Assembly: GCA_965212505.1 (NCBI GenBank)
Contig: OZ243123.1
Span: 2,766,796-2,830,795 of the forward strand
From: Candidatus Multivoradales bacterium
GTDB lineage: Bacteria > Acidobacteriota > Thermoanaerobaculia > Multivoradales > JAHEKO01
Direction of reading: 5' to 3'
DNA length: 64,000 nucleotides
Part shown: positions 19,111 to 28,707 of the stretch, piece after piece
How the letters are laid out: each line of letters begins with the position of its first letter
Numbering within the stretch: position 1 is the stretch's first letter
Made by a program: the position numbers and the translations under genes
The notes under the pieces: model-generated
What the model saw: only the letters and a program-made list of their open reading frames with translations
What the model was told of the DNA's origin: nothing
The model's database searches: none

Positions 19111-21275
19111 GGCGACTCGGGACCCCCCTCACGATCGGCCTGCTCCTCGCGGCGACACATGCCGCGGCCGGCGACCTCACCTTCCACCAGATCTTCGGAC
19201 ACGAGACGCAGACCGCGCCTCGGAGTGTTCGTTGGTCGCCAGACGGCGAACGCGTCGCCTATCGGTGGAAAGACATCGACGGAGTCGACGACCTGTGGGT
19301 CGTCAACGCGCAGACCGGTCTCCGCACACGGCTCTTCTCGGCCGGTTCCGACGGCGGCGACGTGCCCTCGCTGGAGTCGCTCGACGATTATCAGTGGGCT
19401 CCGGACAGCCGAGGCGTGCTGCTCGAGTCGGCGGGCGGGCTTTACCTTCTCGACGGTCTCGGCAACATGCGCCGCCTCGACAACTCGGACGCCGAGGAGC
19501 GCATCCCTCGCTTCTCGCCCGACGGCAAGCAGATCGCCTTCGTGCGCGACTGGAACCTTCACGTCCTCGACGTCGAGAGCGGCGAGGTTCGTCAGCTCAC
19601 ACAAGACGGCGAGGAAAACACGATCCTCAACGGAATCACCGACTGGGTCTACTGGGAGGAGATCTGGGGTCGAACGACGACCGGCTTCTGGTGGAGTCCG
19701 GACGGCCGCAAGATCGCCTACTACCGGTTCGACGAGCGCGAAGTGCCGACCTATCCGATGGTCGACTTCACGCCGCTCTACCCCGAGGTCGTCTGGCAGA
19801 AGTACCCCAAAGCGGGCGAGACCAACCCGGTCGTTCAGGTCGGCGTGCTCGACCTGGAGAGTGGACAGACGACATGGCTCGAAACGGGAGACGAGACCGA
19901 CGTCTACCTGGCGAGAGTCGACTGGCTTCCCGACAACGACCGGGTCGCCGTCCAACGGCTCAATCGTGACCAGGACCAGCTGGACCTTCTGAGCTGTAGC
20001 GCCGAACACGGCGACTGCTCCGCGCTCCACCGCGAGACGGCCGAGACCTGGATCAACCTGACCCAGGATCTGACCTTCTTCGCCGACGGCCGGTTCCTCT
20101 GGACCTCGGAGAAGAGCGGCTGGCGACGACTCGCCCTTCACGACGCCAACGGCCGGGAGTTGCGCCTGATCTCCCCGGAAGGCTGGAACGTTACCGGCGT
20201 CGACCGCCTTGCGGGCGAGACGGTCATCTACACCGCGCACTCGACAGAGCCCCTCGGAGCGTTGCATCGCACGGTCTTCGCTCAAGGCATCAGCGAGGGC
20301 GCTCCACGTCGACTGAGCCCCGAGAAGACCTGGAGCAGCGCACGAGTGTCGCCGGACGGCGCCCACTTCGTCGCAACCTCGAGCGCGGCAACCACCCCGA
20401 CCACTCTCAGCATTCAGTCGATCGCGGGTGGCAAGTCGGTACAACTGCCGACCGAGGCTCCGCCCAGGGTGGACCTCGACTCGCTGCCGCTCCGGAAGTT
20501 CCTCACCATTCCGGGGCCGCAAGGCTCCGAGCTGCCCGCGATGTTGGTGACACCCAGCGACCTCGACCCCGAAGTCAGCTATCCAGCGATCATGTACCAC
20601 TACGGCGGACCGGCCTCCCAGGTGGTCGCCGACCGCTGGAGCTGGCGCGAGCGAGCGCTCTGGCACTCGCTGATGGTGCAACGAGGGTACGTGGTGCTGA
20701 TGGTCGACAATCGGGCGTCGAACTACTTCGGCAAGCACGGCCACGACCGCGCCCACCGTCGATTCGGCCCGGAGAACCTGGCCGCGCAGCGAGCGGGCGT
20801 CGACTTCCTCGGCTCGCTCGGCTACGTCAACACGGAGCGGGTCGGCCTCTGGGGCGGATCGGGAGGCGGCTACCACACGCTCTACGCGCTCACCAACAGC
20901 CCGGGCACCTGGGCTGCGGGGGTGGCGTTCGCGCCGGTGTCGGACTTCCGTCTCTACGACACCATCTGGACCGAGCGCTACTTCGACCATCCGGAAGACA
21001 ACCCCGACGGCTACCGCGACTCCGCTCCCACGACCTATGCGGATCAGCTCGCCGACCCGCTCCTGATGGTGCACGGTACGGCCGATGACAACGTCCACCC
21101 GCAGAACACGCTGGTGATGGCGCAGAAGCTGATCGAGGCCGGCAAGAAGTTCGAGATGTCGATTCACCCGCGCCAGAAGCACGGCTTCCGTGGCAGCGAC
21201 TCCCGGCACTTCTACGAGCGGATGACCGAGTTCTTCGATCGTCACCTTCGCCCCGCCGATTCCGGCGGCGAGTGA
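19107..21275 (+). CDS. S9 family serine peptidase (dipeptidyl-peptidase IV-like)
   Basis: 722 aa. Signal peptide, N-terminal beta-propeller, C-terminal alpha/beta hydrolase with catalytic motif LWGGSGGGYHTLYA and …HGTADDNVHP. ATGA overlap with the upstream gene. Confidence 0.85.
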   Translation: MRRLGTPLTIGLLLAATHAAAGDLTFHQIFGHETQTAPRSVRWSPDGERVAYRWKDIDGVDDLWVVNAQTGLRTRLFSAGSDGGDVPSLESLDDYQWAPDSRGVLLESAGGLYLLDGLGNMRRLDNSDAEERIPRFSPDGKQIAFVRDWNLHVLDVESGEVRQLTQDGEENTILNGITDWVYWEEIWGRTTTGFWWSPDGRKIAYYRFDEREVPTYPMVDFTPLYPEVVWQKYPKAGETNPVVQVGVLDLESGQTTWLETGDETDVYLARVDWLPDNDRVAVQRLNRDQDQLDLLSCSAEHGDCSALHRETAETWINLTQDLTFFADGRFLWTSEKSGWRRLALHDANGRELRLISPEGWNVTGVDRLAGETVIYTAHSTEPLGALHRTVFAQGISEGAPRRLSPEKTWSSARVSPDGAHFVATSSAATTPTTLSIQSIAGGKSVQLPTEAPPRVDLDSLPLRKFLTIPGPQGSELPAMLVTPSDLDPEVSYPAIMYHYGGPASQVVADRWSWRERALWHSLMVQRGYVVLMVDNRASNYFGKHGHDRAHRRFGPENLAAQRAGVDFLGSLGYVNTERVGLWGGSGGGYHTLYALTNSPGTWAAGVAFAPVSDFRLYDTIWTERYFDHPEDNPDGYRDSAPTTYADQLADPLLMVHGTADDNVHPQNTLVMAQKLIEAGKKFEMSIHPRQKHGFRGSDSRHFYERMTEFFDRHLRPADSGGE

Positions 21276-21429
21276 ACCGAACCCGCGGCGGCGGGCACGT
21301 ACGAGATAGCGTCGACGAAGCGAGGGCTTCGCAGGCGTTCCCAGCGAGCGGCGTCATACACGCGCCGCCGACGAGACACTCATCTAGAGAGACACCGCAC
21401 ACGAAGCGACGGAAAGCGAGGGGAGACTC

Positions 21430-22290
21430 ATGCGAAAGAAGATCCGAGGTCTTGGGTTCACGGCAGGTTCTCTGGCCGGTCTTCTGTTCATGGCGTGCGT
21501 GCCGCTCTTCACGGCGGGTCTTTTCCAGACCCTCAGCCTCAGCTTCAAGTTCGACCTGGCGATCGCCGAGGGAGAAGAGAGGATCGTCCACCAGGCCACC
21601 TTCCCAGAGGCCGTGAAGCTCAAGAAGAACTTCGTTCAGGTCTCGGGACGCCTGAGCGGCGACGGGCTCCCAACGAGCGCCACGCTCAAGGGCGAGGTCG
21701 CGAACCCCGACACTGGCAAGGTCGGTCAGCGGATCTCGCTCAAGTTGAACATCGGCGACGACGGTCGTTTCAGCACCAACGCGAAGATCAAGAAGAACGT
21801 CAAAGCCGGCGAGGTGCTCACGGTAACGCTCGAGCCCAAGGGCTCTGCGCTGGCGAAGAACACCGAAATCACCCTCTGCGTCGATCTGGTCAAGAAGAAG
21901 GGCGACCTCTCGGCCGTGCCCGCCTGTGTTGCCGACGATGGCGACGATGGCGACGACGGCGGTGGGGCCGTGACCTTCTCTGCCCTGCAGGACGACTTCT
22001 TCACGCCCACCTGCGCGCGGGCAGGCTGCCATTCGAGCGGCGCGAGCTCTGGCGGCCTGATTCTCTCGGCTGACGTCGCCTACGGCAATCTCGTTGATTC
22101 TCCGTCGCAGCAGCAACCGCAGTTCAACCGGGTGACGCCGAACGAGCCCGACAACAGCTACTTGATCAAGAAGCTCCGCGGCGACCTCGACATCACCGGC
22201 AGCCGCATGCCCGCCGGCGGACCGTTCCTGACCGACGAGCAGATCGAGCGCTTCGTGAGTTGGATCGACGCCGGGGCGCCGAACAACTAG
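21430..22290 (+). CDS. lipoprotein with C-terminal Planctomycete-cytochrome-C-like (PSCyt1) domain, variant C-x4-CH motif
   Basis: 286 aa. Signal/lipobox: LFMACVPLF. C-terminal ~100 aa (TCARAGCH…GGLILSA…NEPDNSYLIKKL…MPAGGPFLTDEQIERFVSWIDAGAP) aligns with the PSCyt1 pattern (CxxCH…GGLRLDS…PGKPEESLLI…MPP…L…EEI..L..WI..GAP). GGGGAG RBS upstream. Confidence 0.55.
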   Translation: MRKKIRGLGFTAGSLAGLLFMACVPLFTAGLFQTLSLSFKFDLAIAEGEERIVHQATFPEAVKLKKNFVQVSGRLSGDGLPTSATLKGEVANPDTGKVGQRISLKLNIGDDGRFSTNAKIKKNVKAGEVLTVTLEPKGSALAKNTEITLCVDLVKKKGDLSAVPACVADDGDDGDDGGGAVTFSALQDDFFTPTCARAGCHSSGASSGGLILSADVAYGNLVDSPSQQQPQFNRVTPNEPDNSYLIKKLRGDLDITGSRMPAGGPFLTDEQIERFVSWIDAGAPNN

Positions 22291-22442
22291 GCCGGGACCA
22301 CCCGGCGGCGCAAATCGAGCCTCCGGCAGTTCCCGGCCAGCGTCTGGTCAGAGACTCCAGCAACGCTGGCCACGCCGTCGCCGGTTAATCGGAGCCTCTC
22401 CTGTGGGCTCCCTCACAGCCGACATGTGGCCTCGCAGCTAGG

Positions 22443-24377
22443 TTGTTCGCAGTGAAGAAGTCTAAGAAACGCCACCTGTTCCTCGCGGTCGCGCTCGTCT
22501 GGACCGCAGGCTCTCTTCCTGCGTCGGCGCAACAAGAGATCGAGGGCTACCTGTCAGTAGCGTGGGGCGACCCTCAGGCAGAGGGGCCAACCGAGCTCGA
22601 CCTCACGATCACCGACGATCTCGGGGAGGTCTTCGCTCTGGCCATCAGCGACGAACTCCTCAGGACGGTCGGGGGTCCCGCCCATCTCTTCGGGCAGCGC
22701 GCCAGGGTCGTGGTGGCTGAGCCTTCTCCGGGCGCTCCCGAGTCGGCCGGCGACCCGTTGCCGATCGCCGCCCTCGAGCTCCTGCCCGAGCCCGGCGCTC
22801 CGCAGAGCGCCGACGTCTCCGGTCCGCAGCCCTGGATCTCGATCCTCTGCAGGTTCGCTGGCGACGCCAGCGAGCCGGAGAATCTCTCGTTCTTCCAGAA
22901 TATGTACGGCTCGTCCGCCGGACAGCTCGACCACTACTGGCGCGAGCAGTCCTACGACACCATCAACGTCGTCGGGAGCCTGGCGGTCGACTGGGTCTCG
23001 CTTCCCCAGGCCCGTTCCTTTTACATCCCAGGCTCCTCCGCCGATCTGACCGCGCTCTTCAACGACTGCACTGCAGCGGCCAACGCGGCGGGCGTCGACT
23101 TCTCGAACGGAGGCACCGGCGGCTACGAGGGGATCAACATGATGTTCAACGACGTACTCGACTGCTGCGCCTGGGGAGGTGGCCGGTGGGCGACGTTGGA
23201 CGGGGTGACCAAGCTCTGGCGCACCACCTGGGAACCGCCGTGGGGCTACGCCGACGAGGGTGTCATCGCGCATGAGATGGGACACGGCTTCGGCCTACCG
23301 CACTCGACCAACTGGGACGACGACGGCTGGCCGTACGACAGCCCTTGGGACGTGATGAGTGCGGCTACCGGCTATGCCGTGAGCGACCCCGTCTACGGGC
23401 GCCTGGGCAAGCACACCATCGCCTACCACAAGGACGACCTGGGTTGGTTCTCGGCCGCCGAACGGCTGGAAGTCACCTCGGAGGGCATCTACGCGGTGAC
23501 ACTCGACCACCTCGCGGCGGCCGCGACGTCCAACCTGCGGATGATCAAGATCCCGCTCGACGGCTCGCGCTCCTACTACGTCGAGGCGCGCGAGCGGGTC
23601 GGTGACTACGACGGCAATCTTCCGGACAGCGCGGTCCTGATCTTCGAGACGCTCCCCTCGCGAACCGAAGAGGCCTGGCTCGTCGACGACGACGTGCCAC
23701 CGGCTGGCTACGCCGACAACGAGGGGTCGATGTGGAAGGTGGGCGAGACGTTCGAAGACATTGCCAACGAGATCCAGATTTCGGTGGTCGGCGCAGCGCC
23801 TGACGGCTTCGACCTGGTCGTCTCTCTCGGCATTCCGCCCGTCGTGACGACCGCGCCGGCCGACCTCGACTTCGGTCTGCTCAGCGTCGGCGAGCGCTCG
23901 TCTTTGAACCTCCAAGTCGTCAACAACTCACCGGGGCCCCAGACCGCGATCCTGACCGACATGGGCCTGAGCGACGCAGCCAACTTCGATCTCGACGTGA
24001 GTGGCGGTGTGTCGCCCTGCGGCAGCACCAGCCCTCAGATTCCGTCAGGCGGCTTTTGTACCGTCGCGATCGACTTCACGCCGACGGTCGAGGCGACGTT
24101 CTCCGAAGAGCTGGCGATCTCGTCGAACGCCTCCGTCGATCCCCGGCTGGTTCCGCTCTCCGGCTCGAGCGTCCCCTGCCTGTTCGGCGACGACGTCACG
24201 CTGCCCGACGGCACGGTCCACGACACGCGGACCGAAGGGGCGTGTGTCACCCTGCGCGCCAACGCCTACGTGGTCGGCGGCAGTGCGGACGTCACTCTCC
24301 GCGCCGGCACACGTGTTGTCCTCGGCAACGGCTTCACGGTCGAGAGCGGCGGCGAGCTCACGCTCGAGCTCTTCTAG
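22443..24377 (+). CDS. secreted zinc metalloprotease (metzincin, HExxHxxGxxH) with C-terminal beta-sandwich domains
   Basis: 644 aa. Signal peptide. HEMGHGFGLPH zinc-binding motif. C-terminal ~250 aa of repeated beta-strand-rich segments. Confidence 0.6.
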   Translation: MFAVKKSKKRHLFLAVALVWTAGSLPASAQQEIEGYLSVAWGDPQAEGPTELDLTITDDLGEVFALAISDELLRTVGGPAHLFGQRARVVVAEPSPGAPESAGDPLPIAALELLPEPGAPQSADVSGPQPWISILCRFAGDASEPENLSFFQNMYGSSAGQLDHYWREQSYDTINVVGSLAVDWVSLPQARSFYIPGSSADLTALFNDCTAAANAAGVDFSNGGTGGYEGINMMFNDVLDCCAWGGGRWATLDGVTKLWRTTWEPPWGYADEGVIAHEMGHGFGLPHSTNWDDDGWPYDSPWDVMSAATGYAVSDPVYGRLGKHTIAYHKDDLGWFSAAERLEVTSEGIYAVTLDHLAAAATSNLRMIKIPLDGSRSYYVEARERVGDYDGNLPDSAVLIFETLPSRTEEAWLVDDDVPPAGYADNEGSMWKVGETFEDIANEIQISVVGAAPDGFDLVVSLGIPPVVTTAPADLDFGLLSVGERSSLNLQVVNNSPGPQTAILTDMGLSDAANFDLDVSGGVSPCGSTSPQIPSGGFCTVAIDFTPTVEATFSEELAISSNASVDPRLVPLSGSSVPCLFGDDVTLPDGTVHDTRTEGACVTLRANAYVVGGSADVTLRAGTRVVLGNGFTVESGGELTLELF

Positions 24378-24436
24378 AGCAGCCCGCTGTCGTAACGCCT
24401 CTGGCGAGCCCGGACATCTGCCGGCCCGGGGATCGC

Positions 24437-25678
24437 TCAGTCGAGCTTCTTGAAGACCAGCGCCCCGTTCGTGCCGCCGAAGCCGAACGAGTTGTTCACC
24501 GCGACGTCGATCTTCGACTCGCGAGGCGTCAGCGGAACAAAATCGAGGTCGCAGTCGTCGCCCGGGTTTTCGAGGTTGATCGTCGCCGGCAGCACCTGGT
24601 CGCGCATTGCCAAGCAGACGAATCCGGTCTCGAGACCGCCGGCGGCGCCCAGCAGGTGGCCGGTAGCCGACTTGGTCGACGACACGGCCAGCTTGTAGGC
24701 GTGATCCCCGAAGAGCTGCTTGATCGCATTGACTTCCGCAAGGTCTCCCAGCGGCGTCGATGTGCCGTGAGCGTTGACGTAGTCGACGCTGTCGATCGGC
24801 AGCTCCGCGTCCTGGAGCGCGAGGCGCATGACCTGCTCCGCTCCGGCCCCCTCGGGGTGGGGAGCCGAGATGTGGTACGCGTCGCCGCTCATGCCGTAGC
24901 CGACGATCTCGCCGTAGATCTCGGCACCGCGATTCCGCGCCTGCTCGAACTCTTCGAGAATCATGATGCCGGAGCCCTCGCCCAGCACAAACCCGTCGCG
25001 GTCGCGATCCCAGGGGCGTGAGGCGCGCTCGGGCTCGTCGTTGCGCGTCGAGAGCGCCTTCATCGCGCAGAAGCCGCCGATACCCAACGGGGTCACGACG
25101 CCTTCGGACCCACCCGCGATCATCGCGTCGGCATAGCCATGCTGGATCAACCGGAAGGCGTCGCCGACGGCGTGAAGCCCGGTCGTGCAGGCCGTGCAGG
25201 GCGCTGTATTCGGACCGCGCGCGCCGTAGCGAATCGAGACGTTACCGGCCGCCAGGTTGACCGCGAGGCTCGGAATGAAGAACGGCGAGATCCGCCCCGG
25301 TCCGCGCGCCAACAGTTTCGCGTGCGTCGTCTCGATGGTGGTCAGACCGCCGATGCCGGAGCCGATGTTGACCCCCACGCGATCGGCGTTCGAGTCTTCG
25401 ATCTCGAAGCCCGAGTCGGCGAGTGCGAAGCTCGTCGCCGCCATCGCGTACTGCGTGTGCAGATCGGTCTTCTTCAGCTCCTTCCGATCGAAGTACTCGT
25501 TCGGATCGAAGTCGTCGATCTGCCCGGCGATCTTGCTCGGATAGTCCGTCGCGTCAAAGCGGGTGAGCGGACCAATCCCGCTCTTCCCCGCCAGAAGCGC
25601 ATTCCAGCTCTCACCGGTGCCCACTCCCAACGGGGAGACGAGCCCGACTCCTGTCACGACGACACGGCGGCGCTGCAT
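24437..25678 (-). CDS. fabF: 3-oxoacyl-ACP synthase II
   Basis: 413 aa. Active-site region with the catalytic Cys (…APCTACTTGLHAV…) and His motifs (…NAHGTSTPLGD…). Directly downstream of acpP. Confidence 0.9.
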   Translation of the reverse strand: MQRRRVVVTGVGLVSPLGVGTGESWNALLAGKSGIGPLTRFDATDYPSKIAGQIDDFDPNEYFDRKELKKTDLHTQYAMAATSFALADSGFEIEDSNADRVGVNIGSGIGGLTTIETTHAKLLARGPGRISPFFIPSLAVNLAAGNVSIRYGARGPNTAPCTACTTGLHAVGDAFRLIQHGYADAMIAGGSEGVVTPLGIGGFCAMKALSTRNDEPERASRPWDRDRDGFVLGEGSGIMILEEFEQARNRGAEIYGEIVGYGMSGDAYHISAPHPEGAGAEQVMRLALQDAELPIDSVDYVNAHGTSTPLGDLAEVNAIKQLFGDHAYKLAVSSTKSATGHLLGAAGGLETGFVCLAMRDQVLPATINLENPGDDCDLDFVPLTPRESKIDVAVNNSFGFGGTNGALVFKKLD

Positions 25679-25711
25679 GGGACCTTCCGAGTTTTGAAAG
25701 AGGGTGAAAGA

Positions 25712-25954
25712 TCAGTCCGAGGACTGTGCGTTCTGCTCGATGTAGGCGACCGCGTCCTGAACCTTGCCGATCTTCTCAGCGTCCTCATCCGGAATCTCGA
25801 TTCCGAACTCCTCTTCGAACGCCATTACGAGCTCGACGATGTCCAGGGAATCGGCGCCGAGATCGTCCGTGAAGCTGGCTTCAGGCTTTACCTGGTCGCC
25901 ATCGACACCCAGCTGATCGACGATAATGCTAACTACCTTCTCGGCCACTGCCAT
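25712..25954 (-). CDS. acpP: acyl carrier protein
   Basis: 80 aa. [20 protein letters not shown] phosphopantetheine-attachment motif. GAGGAGG RBS upstream. Confidence 0.9.
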   Translation of the reverse strand: MAVAEKVVSIIVDQLGVDGDQVKPEASFTDDLGADSLDIVELVMAFEEEFGIEIPDEDAEKIGKVQDAVAYIEQNAQSSD

Positions 25955-25996
25955 GGTCCGTCCTCCTCAATGAGATAAAGCCCGGCAGATGCTCGT

Positions 25997-26014
25997 CCGA
26001 GGACACTTCCTCGG
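25997..26014 (-). other. perfect 7-bp stem/4-nt loop hairpin (CCGAGGA-CACT-TCCTCGG) ~40 nt upstream of the acpP RBS
   Basis: Seen directly in the sequence. Lies in the 194-nt gap between the alpha/beta-hydrolase gene and acpP. May terminate the upstream operon or mark an mRNA processing/stability element for acpP. Confidence 0.2.
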
Positions 26015-26148
26015 CCCCCTCATCCCAGCCGGGCTTCGGATTTTTAGCACAGATCGGAGCGAAACGCACCCTCTCGGGGACCGGTTTGCGGCGCAGCGTG
26101 CGTCGCCGATCAGCGCTCGAGAGACGGTCCACCGGGTCGTGTCACCCT

Positions 26149-27231
26149 TCAGCGGCCGCCGTCGGACAGAGCCCGCACCTGCTCCACTCGGGCGACGATC
26201 ACCTCGACGACCTCGGGCCAATAGCGGTCGTCTCTGACCATCGTGAGATGGTTGGCGCCTTCCAGCACAATCGGAGTGCCGCCGTCTTCGGAGAGGCTCG
26301 CGAGCCACTCCCAGTGGGCGACCATCGCGCGCTTGAACTCCGTGCGCTCCGCCTCGTTCTCGAAGCTCGTGCCGACTTCGTCGAACTTCGTGGAGTAGAC
26401 CACCGAGACCGGGAGGTCACCGAGGCTCGTACTGGCTCGCGTCTGCTCCGCCGTCACCGCTAGATGCCGCACCGTCGAGGCGAGAGCTCGCGTCGCGCTC
26501 GGCCGAGCCATCCGCGCCCGAGCCGCAGCGACCTCAGCCTCGGGATAGCCCTTGCCTTCGAAGAGATCGCGGTAGAACCAGCGCACTACCCCCAACCTCG
26601 TGAGCGCCGCGGCCAGCGTCTCGACCCAGGCTCCAAACGCAGGCTCGCCGTTCGCCTCCGGGAACATCTCCGCCAGCTGATCCGGCGCGCCCGGCTCGAG
26701 CAGAACGAGCGCCGCGACGTCGTTTGGATAGCGATCGGAGTAGATGCGGTTCAGCATGCCGCCCAGCGAATGACCGACCAGCACCAGCGGTCGATCGACC
26801 TCGGCGGCCACGACCAAACGGCGGAGATCCTCGACCATGTGATGCCCATCTTTGGGGTCGTCACTCGGCTCACTCCAACCGAGTCCTGCTCGATCGTAGG
26901 AACAGACGCGCGTGTGCCGAGCGATTGCGACCTGGGGTCGCTGCCAGCCGGTCGACCAGTCCTGTGCGCCCGCCTCGATCAGAACCGTCGGCGTGCCCTC
27001 ACCCGTGCATACGAGGTGAAGAGTCCGGCCGCCGACATCGACCAGTTCGCCGGGGGCGGGGTGGAGGCGGGCGTCGCGCGCCGAGGCCACCGCCTGCCAG
27101 AGGAGTCCGGCGACGACGGCGAGCATCACCAGCGCCAAGAGGAGGAGAAGCGCCTTGCCGATCCAAACGAAGACTCGCCGCAGCGGCCCGCGTTTCGAGC
27201 TGGGCGGAGATGGGTTCCGAGCCTGAGTCAC
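26149..27231 (-). CDS. membrane-anchored alpha/beta-fold hydrolase
   Basis: 360 aa. N-terminal TM helix. HSLGG nucleophile motif. 4-nt overlap with the upstream TetR gene. Confidence 0.7.
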   Translation of the reverse strand: MTQARNPSPPSSKRGPLRRVFVWIGKALLLLLALVMLAVVAGLLWQAVASARDARLHPAPGELVDVGGRTLHLVCTGEGTPTVLIEAGAQDWSTGWQRPQVAIARHTRVCSYDRAGLGWSEPSDDPKDGHHMVEDLRRLVVAAEVDRPLVLVGHSLGGMLNRIYSDRYPNDVAALVLLEPGAPDQLAEMFPEANGEPAFGAWVETLAAALTRLGVVRWFYRDLFEGKGYPEAEVAAARARMARPSATRALASTVRHLAVTAEQTRASTSLGDLPVSVVYSTKFDEVGTSFENEAERTEFKRAMVAHWEWLASLSEDGGTPIVLEGANHLTMVRDDRYWPEVVEVIVARVEQVRALSDGGR

Positions 27232-27851
27232 CCCTCCTCCTTCGCGTTCGGACCAAATCCGGCCACGATCGTCTTGACCAGGCCGCGGACCAGCTTCGGA
27301 CCGAGTGGCAACCCGCTGTAGAGCCGCCGGAACATGAGAGGCCCGACGAGCAGGTCGTGAATCAAACCCAGGTCGGCCTCGGGCGCGATCTCCCCTCTCA
27401 CCTGCGCTCGCTCGAACAACTCGGCGACCGCGCGTCTCCGCGGCTCGAAAAACGTGCGCCGGATCACCTTCGCCAGATCGGGCTGTCGGTCCATGACGCT
27501 CGCCAGTACCGGCAGAAGCGCGCCGCGGGGCGATCGGTAGGCGCGCACGGCATCCTGCAACAGCGCTTCGAGATCGCCCGACAGCGAGCCCGTGTCATGA
27601 AGACGAATGTCGTCCACGAAGCGCTCCATCGCCGCTGTCACGATCGCCTCCTTGGACGGCCATCGCCGGTAGATGGTCGCCTTGCCGACCGCGGCGCAAG
27701 CGGCGAGCGCCTCCATCGTCAACCCTTCCCACCCGCGCTCGCCCAGTAGATGAACGGCCGCGTCCAGAATCCTGTCGCTCGCGTCGCTGCTCATCGGTCT
27801 CCCCGCACCGCGACTCTCGACCTCGGCTGTGCTCATCCGTCCCTCTCCCAA
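27228..27851 (-). CDS. TetR family transcriptional regulator
   Basis: 207 aa. HTH: LTMEALAACAAVGKATIYRRWPSKEAIV. Confidence 0.8.
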   Translation of the reverse strand: MGEGRMSTAEVESRGAGRPMSSDASDRILDAAVHLLGERGWEGLTMEALAACAAVGKATIYRRWPSKEAIVTAAMERFVDDIRLHDTGSLSGDLEALLQDAVRAYRSPRGALLPVLASVMDRQPDLAKVIRRTFFEPRRRAVAELFERAQVRGEIAPEADLGLIHDLLVGPLMFRRLYSGLPLGPKLVRGLVKTIVAGFGPNAKEEG

Positions 27852-27953
27852 TGGCGCTAGTTATTTACAATACGAGACCGTCTCGTTTCGTAACTATACA
27901 CAACCGCGTGAACCGGAAGGTTCCATCGGCCCGACCAGCCCGGGTTTGCGTCG

Positions 27954-28703
27954 CTAGATGTAGAGGCCGCCGGAGACGTTCAGGACGTGTCCGGTGACGT
28001 AGCCCGCTTCGTCGCTCGCCAGGTAGCCCACCGCCCAGGCGATGTCGTCGCCACCTCCGAGCCGCTTGAGCGGAATCGCACCCGAGAGCTCGGCGCGCGT
28101 CGCCTCGGGGAGGTTCTCGGTCATCGCCGTCTCCACGAAGCCGGGCGCCACCACGTTGACCGTAATGTTGCGTCCCGCCAGCTCCTTGGCCAGGCTCTTC
28201 GAGAAGCCGATCAGCCCCGCCTTGGCGGCGGCGTAGTTTGCCTGCCCAGCATTACCCATGAGACCGACCACAGACGAGACCGAGATGATGCGGCCGTACT
28301 TGCGGCGCATCATGCCGCGCGTCAACGCCTTGGTGATGGCGAACGAACCGGTCAGGTTGGTGCGCAAGACGCGGTCCCAGTCTTCGAGGCTCATGCGAAC
28401 CAACAGATTGTCGGCGGTGATGCCGGCGTTGTTCACCAGGATGTCGATGTCGCCGAAGCCGTCGGGCAGCTCCTTAAGCCGCTCGGCGATGCCCTCGGTG
28501 TCCGCCAGGTCGAGTGCGAGAACCGCTGCGTCTGAACCCGCGTCTCGCAGCGAGTCCGCGAGCGCTTGGAGCTTGTCGACACTCCGCGCGGCGAGCACCA
28601 CCTTCGCCCCCTGCTCGGCCAGTCGCCTGGCGACCGCCTCTCCGATCCCTTGCGAGGCGCCCGTCACCAATGCCGTTTTGCCGTCCAGTCGAAACGCGCT
28701 CAT
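27954..28703 (-). CDS. fabG: 3-oxoacyl-ACP reductase
   Basis: 249 aa. SDR with TGASQGIG Rossmann motif and NAG…S…Y..AK catalytic pattern. Positioned between fabD and acpP. Confidence 0.85.
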   Translation of the reverse strand: MSAFRLDGKTALVTGASQGIGEAVARRLAEQGAKVVLAARSVDKLQALADSLRDAGSDAAVLALDLADTEGIAERLKELPDGFGDIDILVNNAGITADNLLVRMSLEDWDRVLRTNLTGSFAITKALTRGMMRRKYGRIISVSSVVGLMGNAGQANYAAAKAGLIGFSKSLAKELAGRNITVNVVAPGFVETAMTENLPEATRAELSGAIPLKRLGGGDDIAWAVGYLASDEAGYVTGHVLNVSGGLYI

Positions 28704-28707
28704 CGCC

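Noticed and set aside
18816-21245. 809-aa minus-strand ORF antisense to the S9 peptidase
   Set aside because: No recognisable domains, Arg/Gly/Val-rich. The sense frame encodes a complete DPP-IV-like peptidase with catalytic motifs.
21900-21965. Short tandem GATGGCGAC repeats
   Set aside because: They simply encode an acidic DDGDDGDDG linker inside the PSCyt1 lipoprotein. Not a repeat element or CRISPR.
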